A program made the translations under genes and the position numbers. A stretch of 64,000 bases of DNA from contig JAGVBT010000049.1 of the NCBI GenBank assembly GCA_020059605.1, positions 45,120 to 109,119 of the forward strand. The letters are read 5' to 3'. The first letter of the stretch is position 1. The number at the start of each line of letters is the position of its first letter. This DNA comes from Deltaproteobacteria bacterium (GTDB lineage: Bacteria; Desulfobacterota; BSN033; UBA1163). Positions 1-10,278 of this stretch are shown here, one piece after another. The notes below the pieces were generated by a model. The model saw only the letters and a list, made by a program, of their open reading frames with translations. It was not told the DNA's origin and made no database searches.

Positions 1-468
1 TTTCCGATCCTATCTCTATCGGGGAATTATGCCCGCTTTTCGGATGAGCCCGGTCTCATGGGCGATCTCCGGTTCGAAAGGTGGAACGTTCAAGCTCTGG
101 CCACCTTCACCATCGGGGATTGGGGAAAGACTGCCTATAAGATGGGAGAGAGCAAGGTGAAGGTGACGCAGGCCAATGATGCAAAATTACAATTGATCGA
201 AGGGATCACTCTGGAGGTGAAGAGCGATTATCAGGTGATGCTCGTGGCTGAAAAAAACATTAACGTGGCGGAGAAGGCGATTGAACAGGCCGAAGAAAAT
301 CTCAGAATGAATGAGGAACGATACAAACACCAGGTGGCCACGGCCACCGATGTCCTCGATGCGGTTACTCTCCTGGCCCAGGCAAGAGTCAATTATTATG
401 GAACGCTAAGCGATTTTAACATCGCCAAGGCAAGGCTGGAACGCGCCATGGGGAGAATGGTCCCGTAA
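1..468 (+). CDS. TolC-like outer membrane efflux factor, C-terminal part; 5' end lies upstream of the window
   Basis: Reading frame is open from position 1. The C-terminal alpha-helical repeat motifs are typical of outer membrane factor proteins. It lies directly upstream of the MFP and RND genes. Confidence 0.7.
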   Translation, partial: FPILSLSGNYARFSDEPGLMGDLRFERWNVQALATFTIGDWGKTAYKMGESKVKVTQANDAKLQLIEGITLEVKSDYQVMLVAEKNINVAEKAIEQAEENLRMNEERYKHQVATATDVLDAVTLLAQARVNYYGTLSDFNIAKARLERAMGRMVP

Positions 469-487
469 AGGCGTTAAGCGATAAACA

Positions 488-1633
488 ATGAACGATGAAC
501 AGAAAAACTTTAACAAAGAGAGAACCTTGATGCGACGATTTATTTTATGTGGACTATGTTTGGTGCCCCTTTTTCTGTGGGGATGCGGGTCGAAGGAATC
601 GGTGTCCACTGAAAAGCCTCCTAAAGCTTCATCCCAGATTTCAGAGGAAAGGCAGGTGGAGGTGATGGAGGTCTTTCCGAAGGCCATCTCTTATACCCTT
701 ACAGCGGTTGGGAGCTTGAAGACTCCGGAGCACGTGAAAATCAGCCCGAAGAAGGCCGGGATCATTGACAAGATTCTGGTCAGGGAAGGGGAGTCGGTTC
801 GCAAAGGACAGGTTCTGGTCCAGCTTGACAACATCGACGCCAGGCTCCAGGTGGAAAGAGCCGAAGCAAGGGTTCGGGAAGCCGAAGCTTCTCTCGATAC
901 GAATCGCAACACACTCGCCCGCTACCGGAACCTCTTTGAATCGAAGGTTATCGCCGAGCAAACCTTCGATGACATTAAATTGAAAGTTAAACTGGACGAA
1001 GCGCGGTTAGCCCTCGCCAAAACGGAACTCAATATGGCCAGGCAAAACCTGCTGGATCATCAAATTGTCTCTCCCATCGATGGGGTGATTAATCTCAAGA
1101 TCGCCTCCCTGGGGGAGCATGTCAATGTTGCGCCCAAAGATGAGATCATGACGATCGTCCAGATGGACCCGCTCGAACTGGAGTTTTACATTCCTGAAAA
1201 TTGGGCAGGGAGGGTCCGCCCGGGCAGCAGGATCCAGTTTTCCGTCCGGGCGTTTTCAGAAGAGACCTCCACTGCCGTCCTGAACTTTATCAGTCCGACG
1301 GCCGATCCTGCCACGAGAAATGTGAAGATGAAAGCCATAGCCCCTAATCCACATCACCGATTAAAACCCGGTTTTTTTGCCGAAGTGACGGTTCCTACGG
1401 GGAGCAGCCCCAATGGCATCGCCATCCCGGAATCGGCCATTATGAGCCAGGAGGGGAAACTCTTTGTTTTTGCCGTCCGCGAGGGAATGGCGCACCGCAG
1501 GGAGGTTGAGCCGGGGATCCGGTTTGACGGCAAGGTGGAGATCGTCAAGGGGGTCCAGAAAGGGGAAAAGATCGTCACCGTCGGACACGAACAATTAACC
1601 GAAGGCACCAAAGTCAAAATTCAACCGAAATAA
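488..1633 (+). CDS. efflux RND transporter periplasmic adaptor subunit (membrane fusion protein, HlyD family)
   Basis: 381 aa with an N-terminal signal/lipoprotein-like segment (LWGCGS). Coiled-coil hairpin and beta-barrel/biotinyl-like segments are typical of MFPs. It is followed by an RND permease. Confidence 0.8.
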   Translation: MNDEQKNFNKERTLMRRFILCGLCLVPLFLWGCGSKESVSTEKPPKASSQISEERQVEVMEVFPKAISYTLTAVGSLKTPEHVKISPKKAGIIDKILVREGESVRKGQVLVQLDNIDARLQVERAEARVREAEASLDTNRNTLARYRNLFESKVIAEQTFDDIKLKVKLDEARLALAKTELNMARQNLLDHQIVSPIDGVINLKIASLGEHVNVAPKDEIMTIVQMDPLELEFYIPENWAGRVRPGSRIQFSVRAFSEETSTAVLNFISPTADPATRNVKMKAIAPNPHHRLKPGFFAEVTVPTGSSPNGIAIPESAIMSQEGKLFVFAVREGMAHRREVEPGIRFDGKVEIVKGVQKGEKIVTVGHEQLTEGTKVKIQPK

Positions 1634-1647
1634 AGAGTGTTTTTAAA

Positions 1648-1684
1648 TTTTAGTCACTTTTAACTTTAGTTCACTTTAGGCACT
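1648..1684. repeat. tandem AAGTGACTA-type 9-bp units (TTTAGTCACTTTTAACTTTAGTTCACTTTAGGCAC) between MFP and RND genes
   Basis: Three to four 9-10-bp units identical in motif to those at 62651-62779. Confidence 0.55.
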
Positions 1685-1688
1685 TCTT

Positions 1689-4600
1689 ATGTTTCTTTCC
1701 GATACTTCCGTAAGACGCCCGGTTGTGGCGACAATGATCACCCTGGCCCTGGTCTTTTTTGGAATCCTCGGCTATCAACGGATCGGCATCGATCTATATC
1801 CCCAGGTCGATTTCCCGATGGTGACGATTACAACGACCCTCTTCGGCGCAGCGCCCGAGGTAATGGACACCGACGTGACGGACCCCATCGAAGAACAGGT
1901 CAACACCATCGAAGGGGTCAAACATATCACTTCTACAAGCGGATTTGGGTTCTCGCAAGTCGTGGTTGAATTCGAACTCTACCGCGACATCGATTCGGCG
2001 GTCCAGGACATCAGGGCGAAGGTCGATCTGGCCAGGCGGAAGCTCCCGACCGATATCGACCCCCCTATCATTGATAAACTCGACATCAATGCAAGACCCA
2101 TTCTCTGGCTATCAGTCGCCGGAACTCTTCCAATTCAGCAGTTGGGGATGCTGGCCGATGAGGTCCTGAGGCCCCAACTGGAGTCCATTAAAGGCGTGGG
2201 TTCGATTATGTTGGGCGGCTACGCGAAGAGGGAGATCAGGATCTGGCTCGATGGAAGGAGACTGGAGGCGCACCGGCTCACATCGACCGATATTTCACGG
2301 GCCCTTTTTGCCAAGAATATAGAACTGCCCGGGGGAATCATCGAAAGCATTGACCGCGAATTTACGGTCCGAAATCTGGGGGAGCTCCGGAACATAGAAG
2401 AGTTCAACCAATTAATCATCACCTACCAGAATGGCGCGCCGGTTCGCTTGAAGGATGTGGGATGGGCGGAGGATGGGACCGAGCCGATCCGGACCATTGC
2501 CCGCTCCGACAGGATGCCGGCCGTCGGGATGGGCGTTATTCCCAGGTCCGGAGCCAATGTCGTGGAGGTCGCGGGCGGGGTTAAAGCAAAGCTTGCTGAA
2601 ATCAAGAAGACCCTCCCGGCCGGAGCGGATATTTACGTCTCAACCGACGTCTCACAATTTATTGAGGAGGCAATTTCGGATGTCCGATATGATGTCTTTC
2701 TGGGAGGGCTCCTGGCCGCGGCGGTCATGTTCGTCTTTCTCCTGAGCATCCGGAGTACGATCATTACAGCCATTTCTATTCCCACTTCCCTGGTCACCAG
2801 TTTTGGTGTCATGCATTTTATGGGGTTTACCATGAACTACATGACCATGCTTGCGCTGTCGATGGTGGTCGGAGTGGTGATCGATGATGCGGTCATCGTC
2901 CTTGAAAATACCTACCGCCACATGGAAGAGGGGTCGGACCCGGTGACGGCGGCGAAGGAAGGGACGTCCGAGATTGCTTTTGCGGCCATGGCCGCCACTT
3001 TTTCTATTGCCGCGGTCTTTATTCCGGTTGCCTTTATGGGAGGCATCATCGGCCGGTTCTTCTACCAGTTCGGTGTGACAGTAGCTGCCTCGGTCATCGT
3101 CTCTCTTGTGATCGCCCTGGTTCTGGTTCCGATGCTGTGCTCCAGGTTCTTAAGGGTGGAGGTTCGGCATGGCGTGGTTTATCGTTTTTTCGACCGGTTT
3201 TATGAAAAACTTGAAAGCCGCTACAGGGGAGTTTTAACCTTCTGCCTGAAACATCGCTGGCTCATTATTCTGATTGCCACGTTTCTTTTCCTGGGAAGCA
3301 TCGCCATGCTCATGAATCTGAAGAGGGAATTCGTTCCTAAATCGGATGAAGGCCGATTCATCATTCGGCTGGAAACCCCGACGGGTTCAACCGTGCATTA
3401 TACGGACGACAGGGTGCAACAGGTTGAGAACCTGGTCCTCTCGCTCCATGAGACGGAAAGAGTTTTCGCGGCGATCGGGATCGGTGAACGCAAAGAGGTG
3501 AATAAGGGGTTTGTCGTAACGACCCTGAAAGCCAGAAATGAAAGGAAACGCTCACAGAAAGAAATTATGGAGGATATGCGGAAGCAATTGGGCCGCATGT
3601 CAGGGTTTAAGGCCTATGTGGAAGATATCTCCCCCGTCGCCGGGGGTGGGCGGAGAGGAACCCCTCTCGAATTTGTGGTTAAAGGGCCGGAGACGAAGAA
3701 ACTGGAGAAAATATCCAACCAGATTGTGGAAGAGATGATGAAGACCCCGGGGATCGTCGACGTGAGTTCCGACCTTGAATTGACGAAACCGGAGGTGAGA
3801 GTGCTGATCGACCGGAACAAGGCCGCAGATGTCGGGGTGGATGTTCGTGAAATATCATCCGCCGTACAACAATTGGTCGGAGGCCAGGAGGTTTCAAAGT
3901 TTAAGGACGTGGAGAGGGCCAAACGGTACGATGTGAGGGTCAGGCTGATCAAGGACCAGAGGATGAACCCGGATGATATCAGCCAGATCTCCATCCGGAC
4001 ACCGAAGGGCGGCCTGATCAAGCTGGCACAGGTGGTGAAGGTCGAAGAAGGGATTGGCCCGAACCTGGTCAATCGAAAGGACAGGCAGAGGAGCGCTACG
4101 ATTTATGCGGATACGGCCGGAGGCAAAGCCCTGGGAGAGGCCATTTCCGATGTGGAGGCGCTGGCAAGGAAATATATCCCATCGGGTTATTCTTATGCTT
4201 TTACCGGACAGGCAGAGGCTTTTAAAGAATCCTTTGAGAATCTGATCATGGCCCTCATCCAGGCGATCGTCATCATTTACATGGTTCTGGCGATGCAGTT
4301 TAACAGCTTTGTCCATCCCCTGACCGTCATGCTGGCCTTGCCTTTAAGCACGGTGGGTGCGTTCGGTGCCCTTTATGTGACAGGGGATACGATCTCCATT
4401 ATCAGCATGATCGGGCTTATTACGCTGGCCGCCTTAGTGGTCAAAAATTCCATTCTCCTGGTCGATTACACCAATAAATTGAGGGAGAGGGGGATGGAAA
4501 GAAATCAAGCCGTTCTTCAGGCCGCTCCAATTAGGCTCCGGCCCATCCTGATGACGGCCGTGACGACCATGCTGGGAGTCCTTCCGGTTGCCCTGGGGTA

Positions 4601-4775
4601 TAGTGCGGGAGGGGAGGCCAGGTCCGGGATGGGTAGGGCTACCTTCGGCGGGCTCTTTGCCTCGACCCTGCTCACCCTCTTTGTCATTCCGGTGGCCTAC
4701 ACCCTCTTGGATGATATCCTTCTGAAGGTGAAGAGGATTTTCGGGATAAAGAAGAGTGAAAAAAGTTCATCATAG
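1689..4775 (+). CDS. efflux RND transporter permease subunit (AcrB/HAE family)
   Basis: 1028 aa with 12-TM architecture and two large periplasmic loops. Conserved RND motifs are present (ALVFFGILGY, GAAPEVMDTDVTDPIEEQ). Confidence 0.85.
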   Translation: MFLSDTSVRRPVVATMITLALVFFGILGYQRIGIDLYPQVDFPMVTITTTLFGAAPEVMDTDVTDPIEEQVNTIEGVKHITSTSGFGFSQVVVEFELYRDIDSAVQDIRAKVDLARRKLPTDIDPPIIDKLDINARPILWLSVAGTLPIQQLGMLADEVLRPQLESIKGVGSIMLGGYAKREIRIWLDGRRLEAHRLTSTDISRALFAKNIELPGGIIESIDREFTVRNLGELRNIEEFNQLIITYQNGAPVRLKDVGWAEDGTEPIRTIARSDRMPAVGMGVIPRSGANVVEVAGGVKAKLAEIKKTLPAGADIYVSTDVSQFIEEAISDVRYDVFLGGLLAAAVMFVFLLSIRSTIITAISIPTSLVTSFGVMHFMGFTMNYMTMLALSMVVGVVIDDAVIVLENTYRHMEEGSDPVTAAKEGTSEIAFAAMAATFSIAAVFIPVAFMGGIIGRFFYQFGVTVAASVIVSLVIALVLVPMLCSRFLRVEVRHGVVYRFFDRFYEKLESRYRGVLTFCLKHRWLIILIATFLFLGSIAMLMNLKREFVPKSDEGRFIIRLETPTGSTVHYTDDRVQQVENLVLSLHETERVFAAIGIGERKEVNKGFVVTTLKARNERKRSQKEIMEDMRKQLGRMSGFKAYVEDISPVAGGGRRGTPLEFVVKGPETKKLEKISNQIVEEMMKTPGIVDVSSDLELTKPEVRVLIDRNKAADVGVDVREISSAVQQLVGGQEVSKFKDVERAKRYDVRVRLIKDQRMNPDDISQISIRTPKGGLIKLAQVVKVEEGIGPNLVNRKDRQRSATIYADTAGGKALGEAISDVEALARKYIPSGYSYAFTGQAEAFKESFENLIMALIQAIVIIYMVLAMQFNSFVHPLTVMLALPLSTVGAFGALYVTGDTISIISMIGLITLAALVVKNSILLVDYTNKLRERGMERNQAVLQAAPIRLRPILMTAVTTMLGVLPVALGYSAGGEARSGMGRATFGGLFASTLLTLFVIPVAYTLLDDILLKVKRIFGIKKSEKSSS

Positions 4776-4982
4776 GCCTCGATAAGGCATAAAGATTGCA
4801 TTGTTTTCCTGGAATAAATTGATAATATAGTACTTTAGGAATGACTTTACATCGTTGTCATTCCGGAAATAGTTCAGCCTGTCCTTGACTTGATAGATGG
4901 GAATAAAGTTATTTCAATGGGTTATAAGTTTTCTGAGCTTCTGTTTCCACAGGAGCGATGACCTTTATTCTGTCAATATTTA

Positions 4983-5645
4983 TTGACAATACAGGCAATT
5001 TCTGGTAAATTTTTAATCAATTTCCACCTTATCGGAGATCTGAATTTGGTAAAATTAATTATTGGGCCTGTTTTCTTGATTTATCTGGTTTTGCTTTCCG
5101 CTCATTCCCATGCGGGGATCTACCGCTGGGAGGATGAAAACGGAGTGGTTCATTTTACGAATTGTCCGAGGGACGTTCGGTTTAAACTCTACATCCGGGA
5201 GAGCAAGGACGATGCTGGAGAAGAAAAGCAGGACTCACCGGCTTCGCCCTTGGCGGATAAGAACCAATACGACCCGCTGATCCTCGAAGCTTCGAAAAAA
5301 TATGACGTCGATTTCGCCCTGATCAAGGCAATTATCCGGGCCGAGTCAGGATTCAACCCTTTTGCCGTCTCGAGAAAAGGGGCGAAGGGGCTGATGCAAT
5401 TGATGCCTGCGACCGCCCAGAGAATGAACGTTCAGAATATCTTCAATCCAAGGGAGAATATTGAGGGTGGAGTCCGCTATTTCAGATACCTCCTCTCTCT
5501 TTTCAACAACGACCTTCGTCTCTCGCTTGCCGCCTACAATGCGGGCGAAAATATCGTCTCTGAACTGCGCTCCATTCCGCCTTATCGGGAGACCGTAGAT
5601 TATGTGCGGAAAGTGATCCATTACTACCAGTCCTATCGTCTCTGA
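4983..5645 (+). CDS. lytic transglycosylase (SLT) domain protein with N-terminal DUF4124-like segment
   Basis: YRWEDENGVVHFTN motif (DUF4124-like). SLT catalytic region: IRAESGFNPFAVSRKGAKGLMQLMPATA. The true start is probably downstream of 4983, near the signal peptide VKLIIGPVFLIYLVLLSAHSHA. Confidence 0.7.
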   Translation: MTIQAISGKFLINFHLIGDLNLVKLIIGPVFLIYLVLLSAHSHAGIYRWEDENGVVHFTNCPRDVRFKLYIRESKDDAGEEKQDSPASPLADKNQYDPLILEASKKYDVDFALIKAIIRAESGFNPFAVSRKGAKGLMQLMPATAQRMNVQNIFNPRENIEGGVRYFRYLLSLFNNDLRLSLAAYNAGENIVSELRSIPPYRETVDYVRKVIHYYQSYRL

Positions 5646-5661
5646 TGTTTAGCCCGGTTCC

Positions 5662-6225
5662 ATGGAAAAACTGACTTACCAGCAGATATTAAGTCTTCCG
5701 AACGGACTGACTGTCATACGGATTCTGGCTATCCCTGTTATCCTTTTCCTGCTCTTTGCCGGCGGTAAAACCCTCCAGACGGTCACGGCCATGATCTTCC
5801 TTCTGGTGGCGCTGACCGATACGCTGGATGGTTATTTGGCAAGGCGACGAAAGATGGTGACTACCCTGGGCAAATTTCTGGATCCCCTTGCCGATAAACT
5901 GCTTATTGTCACGGCGCTGATCGCCCTCATCTCTGCAAGGGGTATCCCCCTCTGGATGGTGATTGTCATCGTGGGAAGAGAGATCGCCGTGACCGGACTG
6001 AGGGGGATCGCCATGTCCGGGGGGATGGTTATTTCATCCAGCCTGATGGGGAAGTACAAGACGGCCTTTGAGATGGCCTCTATCTTCTTTCTGATTTTAG
6101 GAGGGTCCTACCTGTCGATTGATTTCCACCAGGTCGGCCTGGTCCTCCTCTGGGTGGCCCTGGCGCTGGCTGTCCTCTCAGGGATAGACTATTTTAAAAA
6201 ATTCCTTAAAACCATCATCATTTAG
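5662..6225 (+). CDS. pgsA: CDP-diacylglycerol--glycerol-3-phosphate 3-phosphatidyltransferase (CDP-alcohol phosphatidyltransferase)
   Basis: CDP-alcohol phosphatidyltransferase motif DTLDGYLAR...G...D..ADK. It is a 187-aa polytopic membrane protein. Confidence 0.8.
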   Translation: MEKLTYQQILSLPNGLTVIRILAIPVILFLLFAGGKTLQTVTAMIFLLVALTDTLDGYLARRRKMVTTLGKFLDPLADKLLIVTALIALISARGIPLWMVIVIVGREIAVTGLRGIAMSGGMVISSSLMGKYKTAFEMASIFFLILGGSYLSIDFHQVGLVLLWVALALAVLSGIDYFKKFLKTIII

Positions 6226-6250
6226 ATTTGATTTCGGTTTTTCACGCCGG

Positions 6251-6274
6251 ACTCCGAACCCCGAACTCCGAACT
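6251..6274. repeat. ACTCCGAAC-type short tandem/dispersed repeat (ACTCCGAACCCCGAACTCCGAACT)
   Basis: The same unit occurs inverted at 7701-7759 and as CTCCGAACT copies at about 13671-13700. Related ACTCCG/CCGAATTCCGCAAT units occur at 39161-39185 and 48741-48780. Confidence 0.55.
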
Positions 6275-6335
6275 ATCTTCACATTCCTCCTCTTGACATT
6301 GCCTCTCCAAACTTGTTATTTTTTAGGTGGCAAAC

Positions 6336-6410
<75 letters not shown>

Positions 6411-6412
6411 GG

Positions 6413-6487
6413 GGCGGCATAGCCAAGTGGTAAGGCGACGGTCTGCAAAACCGTTATTCACCGGTTCAAATCCGGTTGCCGCCTCCA
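6413..6487 (+). tRNA. tRNA-Cys (anticodon GCA)
   Basis: Acceptor GGCGGCA/TGCCGCC, anticodon loop CTGCAAA, T-arm ACCGG-TTCAAAT-CCGGT, CCA encoded. It lies 2 nt after tRNA-Gly. Confidence 0.85.
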
Positions 6488-6570
6488 AAAAAAACAGAAG
6501 GGATAAGGCGATCGCCTTATCCCTTTCTTCCAAGATTTCAACATTTCATTATTCCATGATGTTTTGCATG

Positions 6571-6647
6571 GGGCGATTAGCTCAGATGGATAGAGCGTTG
6601 GTCTCCGGAACCAAAGGCCGTGGGTTCAACTCCCGCATCGCCCACCA
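6571..6647 (+). tRNA. tRNA-Arg (anticodon CCG)
   Basis: Acceptor GGGCGAT/ATCGCCC, D-arm GCTC-AGATGGATA-GAGC, anticodon loop CTCCGGA, CCA encoded. Confidence 0.85.
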
Positions 6648-6680
6648 TCTTTCCTTATTTCTGCATCGGAGGAGGGCTTT

Positions 6681-7049
6681 ATGAGAGGGAAAATCCGCCG
6701 TCTATCTCCGTTTCTTTTTATTCTCCTGTTTGGTTTGATTTTAAATCCCCTTCTTTTTGTCGACCGGTTAACCCCTGAAAAAACGGAGGGAATCGGAAGC
6801 GGAATTGCGCATGCCCAGTTGATTGAAGGGGAAGGGAAAGGCGAACGGGATTCACACTACATCGAATTGATGAAGCAGTTGCGCACCAAGGTGGATGGAT
6901 GGCTGAAGGACCTCAACGACCGGATCGAGAGCGGGGATGTCACACGTTTTGAAATCCGTTTTTTAGAGATTTTAAGAAGCGTCCTGGAATGGTTGAGGGA
7001 GAAAATCGACGGCCAGATCGGGCCGGAGCAGAAACAAAAGGATACCTGA
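6681..7049 (+). CDS. hypothetical secreted protein
   Basis: 122-aa ORF with an N-terminal hydrophobic signal-like segment (LSPFLFILLFGLILNPLLF). No recognisable motif. Coding potential is moderate. Confidence 0.35.
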   Translation: MRGKIRRLSPFLFILLFGLILNPLLFVDRLTPEKTEGIGSGIAHAQLIEGEGKGERDSHYIELMKQLRTKVDGWLKDLNDRIESGDVTRFEIRFLEILRSVLEWLREKIDGQIGPEQKQKDT

Positions 7050-7076
7050 GAGGAGAAGAAATTTAACCGAAACAGG

Positions 7077-7730
7077 ATGAAAGAAGAGAAGGTTTATTTT
7101 CCGTCCGGAGGGATTCGTCTGGAGGGCCTCCTGAGTATTCAGGAGGCTTTTTCGAATAAAGGGGGGATAGTCCTTTGCCATCCCCACCCGCAATACGGCG
7201 GGGAGATGCGTAACCGGGTCATCGCTGCGGCCCTCGAAGCGGCCCGACAGGTTGGGTTCGCCACGCTTCGCTTCAACTTCAGGGGAGTCGGGGCAAGCGA
7301 AGGGGCATACGGCGAAGGAATCGGGGAGAAAGATGATGTCCGAGCCGCCATCGAATATCTCGAATCGAAACTGAATCATTCAAGCGCTCCGATCCTGGTT
7401 CTTGGTTACTCGTTTGGGGCGTGGGTGGGCATGCCGGTAGCCACGGAAGAGGAGAGGGTGAAGGGGATGGTGGCGGTTTCACCTCCCCTGGGGATGTTTG
7501 ATTTTGAGTTCTTAAAAAAATGCGGAAAGGAAAAACTGATCATCGGAGGGGACATGGATGTTTTTTCTCCGGTTTCACTTCTTAAGGAGTGGTTTAAACA
7601 ACTCAAGGAGCCCAAATCATTGGCGGTCATTCAGGGAGCCGACCACTTCTATTCCACTCAAGCCAACCTTGTCGTCCAACCCCTGCAGGAATTCTTAAAA
7701 AAGTTCGGAGTTCGGGGTTCGGAGTACTGA
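7077..7730 (+). CDS. alpha/beta-fold hydrolase
   Basis: Nucleophile elbow GYSFGAW (G-x-S-x-G). Upstream HPHPQYGG and downstream GADHF are consistent with a Ser-Asp-His triad. The last 9 codons are encoded by a dispersed repeat. Confidence 0.6.
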   Translation: MKEEKVYFPSGGIRLEGLLSIQEAFSNKGGIVLCHPHPQYGGEMRNRVIAAALEAARQVGFATLRFNFRGVGASEGAYGEGIGEKDDVRAAIEYLESKLNHSSAPILVLGYSFGAWVGMPVATEEERVKGMVAVSPPLGMFDFEFLKKCGKEKLIIGGDMDVFSPVSLLKEWFKQLKEPKSLAVIQGADHFYSTQANLVVQPLQEFLKKFGVRGSEY

Positions 7731-7759
7731 TTTAAGAATTTTACTCCGAACTACGAACT
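7701..7759. terminator. inverted repeat (AGTTCGGAGTTCGGGGTTCGGAGT ... ACTCCGAACTACGAACT) between convergent genes; candidate bidirectional terminator
   Basis: Stem of about 17 bp with a ~20-nt loop followed by a T-run (ttttttctc). It is located between the stop of the + strand hydrolase and the stop of the - strand kinase-like gene. Confidence 0.4.
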
Positions 7760-8646
7760 TTTTTCTCAATCTTCCATCCAATCCGGTGAAGGAAAAGGCC
7801 GATGGAATAATTCCTGAGGGCTTTTTTCAGTTCTTTCACGATTTCCTCATTCTCCCCGGCATATGCCGTCAAAAACCGCCAGCGGTCCGTTCTTGTGACG
7901 GGCAGGCCGGAGCGCTTCCATTTCTCCACGGACCGGTTGAGCCGGAGAAGGTTTCTGATCCTATCCCTGGGAGTAAGGTTTGCTTTTCGGCAGGACCGAT
8001 CAAAATCGATCAGGAGAACCCTGTCCTCGACGACAAGTAGATTTTTAACCTGGAGGTCGGCGTGATAAAAACCTGCCCGGTGAAATTCCCTGAGAAGAAG
8101 TCCCGCTTTCCTGATGAATTCTCGTTTGAGATTGATTCTCTCCCGTGTAGAAAGAGATGCGATATGCCGGAAATATTGAGTGAGATTGAAGGCGTTGGGG
8201 ATTTCCAGCGTGAAAAGATAGGCGCGATAAAAAGGAGGAAAGAGGGCATGATGAACGGCGCCAATAGGCTGGACGGTGGGTATGCCGCAGGACCTGATCT
8301 CCTCCGTTAAGACCAGCTCTCGAAACGATCTTGCCCCTGAGAGATAGAGATTTTTAGTAAACGCCTTCAGCAAACCTCCGTGGGAATACTGGCGAACCAC
8401 CATTCTCTTTCCGCCTTCGATCGGTACCGAGGGGTGGGGCGTTCTTCCTTCCAGATGGCGGGTTTCCTGGAGATGTTTCGTAAGAAATGTCTTAACCTCT
8501 TCGATCCCCTGCCGGAGGAGAAAGCCTTTATATTCTTCCTTGAGAAGCAGAGAAACTTTCCCTTTTTTAATCTGTGAAAAGGAGGGGGGAATGGGAATAT
8601 TTTTAAGCATTGGTTTTAACGTAAAGGAATCCCCTATTTTTGTCAA
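7741..8646 (-). CDS. lipopolysaccharide kinase (Kdo/WaaP/InaA) family protein
   Basis: Protein-kinase-like catalytic motifs FYHADLQVKNLLV and LIDFDRS, typical of the Kdo/LPS kinase family. 301 aa. Confidence 0.55.
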   Translation of the reverse strand: MTKIGDSFTLKPMLKNIPIPPSFSQIKKGKVSLLLKEEYKGFLLRQGIEEVKTFLTKHLQETRHLEGRTPHPSVPIEGGKRMVVRQYSHGGLLKAFTKNLYLSGARSFRELVLTEEIRSCGIPTVQPIGAVHHALFPPFYRAYLFTLEIPNAFNLTQYFRHIASLSTRERINLKREFIRKAGLLLREFHRAGFYHADLQVKNLLVVEDRVLLIDFDRSCRKANLTPRDRIRNLLRLNRSVEKWKRSGLPVTRTDRWRFLTAYAGENEEIVKELKKALRNYSIGLFLHRIGWKIEKKVRSSE

Positions 8647-8713
8647 TTCTAAAATTTGACAAGAGGAGGGGATTATTATAATTTTAGGGAAAAATCAAGG
8701 ATAGGAGATTCCT

Positions 8714-10159
8714 GTGGATTATGAACCTGTCATCGGGCTGGAGGTCCATGCCCAGCTCCTGACCCGATCAAAAATCTTTTGCGGATGTTCCACCGCCTTC
8801 GGGGAGCCGCCCAACACCCAGACCTGCCCGGTCTGCACCGGCCAGCCGGGGTCGCTTCCGGTCATCAACCGAAAGGCCGTGGAATTTGCCATTAAGTTAG
8901 GTCTGGCTACACACTGCACAATCGCTCCCTATAGCGTTTTTGCCCGGAAGAACTATTTCTATCCCGACCTTCCGAAAGGTTACCAGATTTCGATGTATGA
9001 ATATCCCCTGGCGGAGTATGGTTTCATTGAGATTATAGACCAGGGAAAAAAGAAACGGATTGGGTTAATACGGATCCATATGGAGGAAGACGCCGGGAAA
9101 TTGAAACATGGCGAGACACCGGAAACGGCGCCATTCAGTTATGTCGATTTCAACCGCACCGGGGTTCCGCTGGTTGAGATTGTGAGCGGACCGGATATCC
9201 GGTCACCCCAGGAGGCGGGAGAGTATTTGAGAAGGCTTCGGGCCATCCTCCAGTACCTGGAGGTCTGCACCGGGGACATGGAGAAAGGGACATTTCGTTG
9301 CGATGCCAATATCTCTGTCCGGCCCGAAGGCCAGGATAGATTCGGAACGAGGACGGAATTGAAGAATATGAACTCCTTCCGACATGTAGAGAAGGCCCTG
9401 GAATATGAAATCAAGCGGCAGATCGCCCTTTTAAAAGACGGGGGAAAGGTCGTTCAGGAGACAAGGCTCTGGGATGCCGGCGCGAACATAACCGCATCGA
9501 TGAGAGGGAAAGAGGAGGCTCACGATTACCGGTATTTTCCCGATCCGGACCTTGTCCCTCTGAAGATCGATGAAAACTGGATCGAAACTATCCGGCAGAG
9601 CCTTCCCGAGCTCCCTAACCAGAAAAAGGAGAGATTCATCAGGGAATTTAAGATACCCGAATACGACGCCGAGATCCTGACCTCCACCAGGGCCATGGCC
9701 GATTATTTTGAAGAGTCTGTCCGTCTCTTTCCGGAACCAAAGACGGTGAGCAACTGGATGATGGGAGAGCTTCTCAGGGAGTTGAAGCGGGACGACAGGG
9801 AAGTTGATCAATGTTCTGTCACCCCCAACCACCTGGCTGAAATGCTTTCGATGGTGAAGGACGGGACGATCAGCGGTAAGATTGCGAAGGATGTTTTTGA
9901 GGAGATGTATCGGACAGGAAACCCTCCGGGCAGGATCGTCCGGGAGAAGGGGTGGGTCCAGATTGTTGACACCGGGGAGATCGAGGGGGCGGTCGAAAGC
10001 GTGATTCAATCGAATCCGAAACTGGCGGAGGACTACAGAAATGGAAAGGAGAAGGTCTTCGGGTTCCTCGTGGGCGAGGTGATGAAAGCGACCAGAGGTA
10101 AGGCCAACCCCAAGCTGGTGAATGAACTGTTGAGGAAAAAGTTGAAGGGCCAGAAATAA
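8714..10159 (+). CDS. gatB: Asp-tRNA(Asn)/Glu-tRNA(Gln) amidotransferase subunit B
   Basis: N-terminus (M)[14 protein letters not shown], Zn-binding FCGCSTAFG and a C-terminal YqeY-like tail. 481 aa. GTG start. Confidence 0.9.
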   Translation: MDYEPVIGLEVHAQLLTRSKIFCGCSTAFGEPPNTQTCPVCTGQPGSLPVINRKAVEFAIKLGLATHCTIAPYSVFARKNYFYPDLPKGYQISMYEYPLAEYGFIEIIDQGKKKRIGLIRIHMEEDAGKLKHGETPETAPFSYVDFNRTGVPLVEIVSGPDIRSPQEAGEYLRRLRAILQYLEVCTGDMEKGTFRCDANISVRPEGQDRFGTRTELKNMNSFRHVEKALEYEIKRQIALLKDGGKVVQETRLWDAGANITASMRGKEEAHDYRYFPDPDLVPLKIDENWIETIRQSLPELPNQKKERFIREFKIPEYDAEILTSTRAMADYFEESVRLFPEPKTVSNWMMGELLRELKRDDREVDQCSVTPNHLAEMLSMVKDGTISGKIAKDVFEEMYRTGNPPGRIVREKGWVQIVDTGEIEGAVESVIQSNPKLAEDYRNGKEKVFGFLVGEVMKATRGKANPKLVNELLRKKLKGQK

Positions 10160-10278
10160 GGATTGAAGGATTCGAGGGGTCAAGGGGGCGAGTGAAATGT
10201 TTAAGCATCAAAAGAACAAACCCTACATCTTCAACTCCTTGAACCCATGAACCCTGGAACCCGTGACCTCTGGATTCT

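Noticed and set aside
7786-8040. 84-aa plus-strand ORF
   Set aside because: It is entirely antisense to the Kdo-kinase-family gene and has no motifs.
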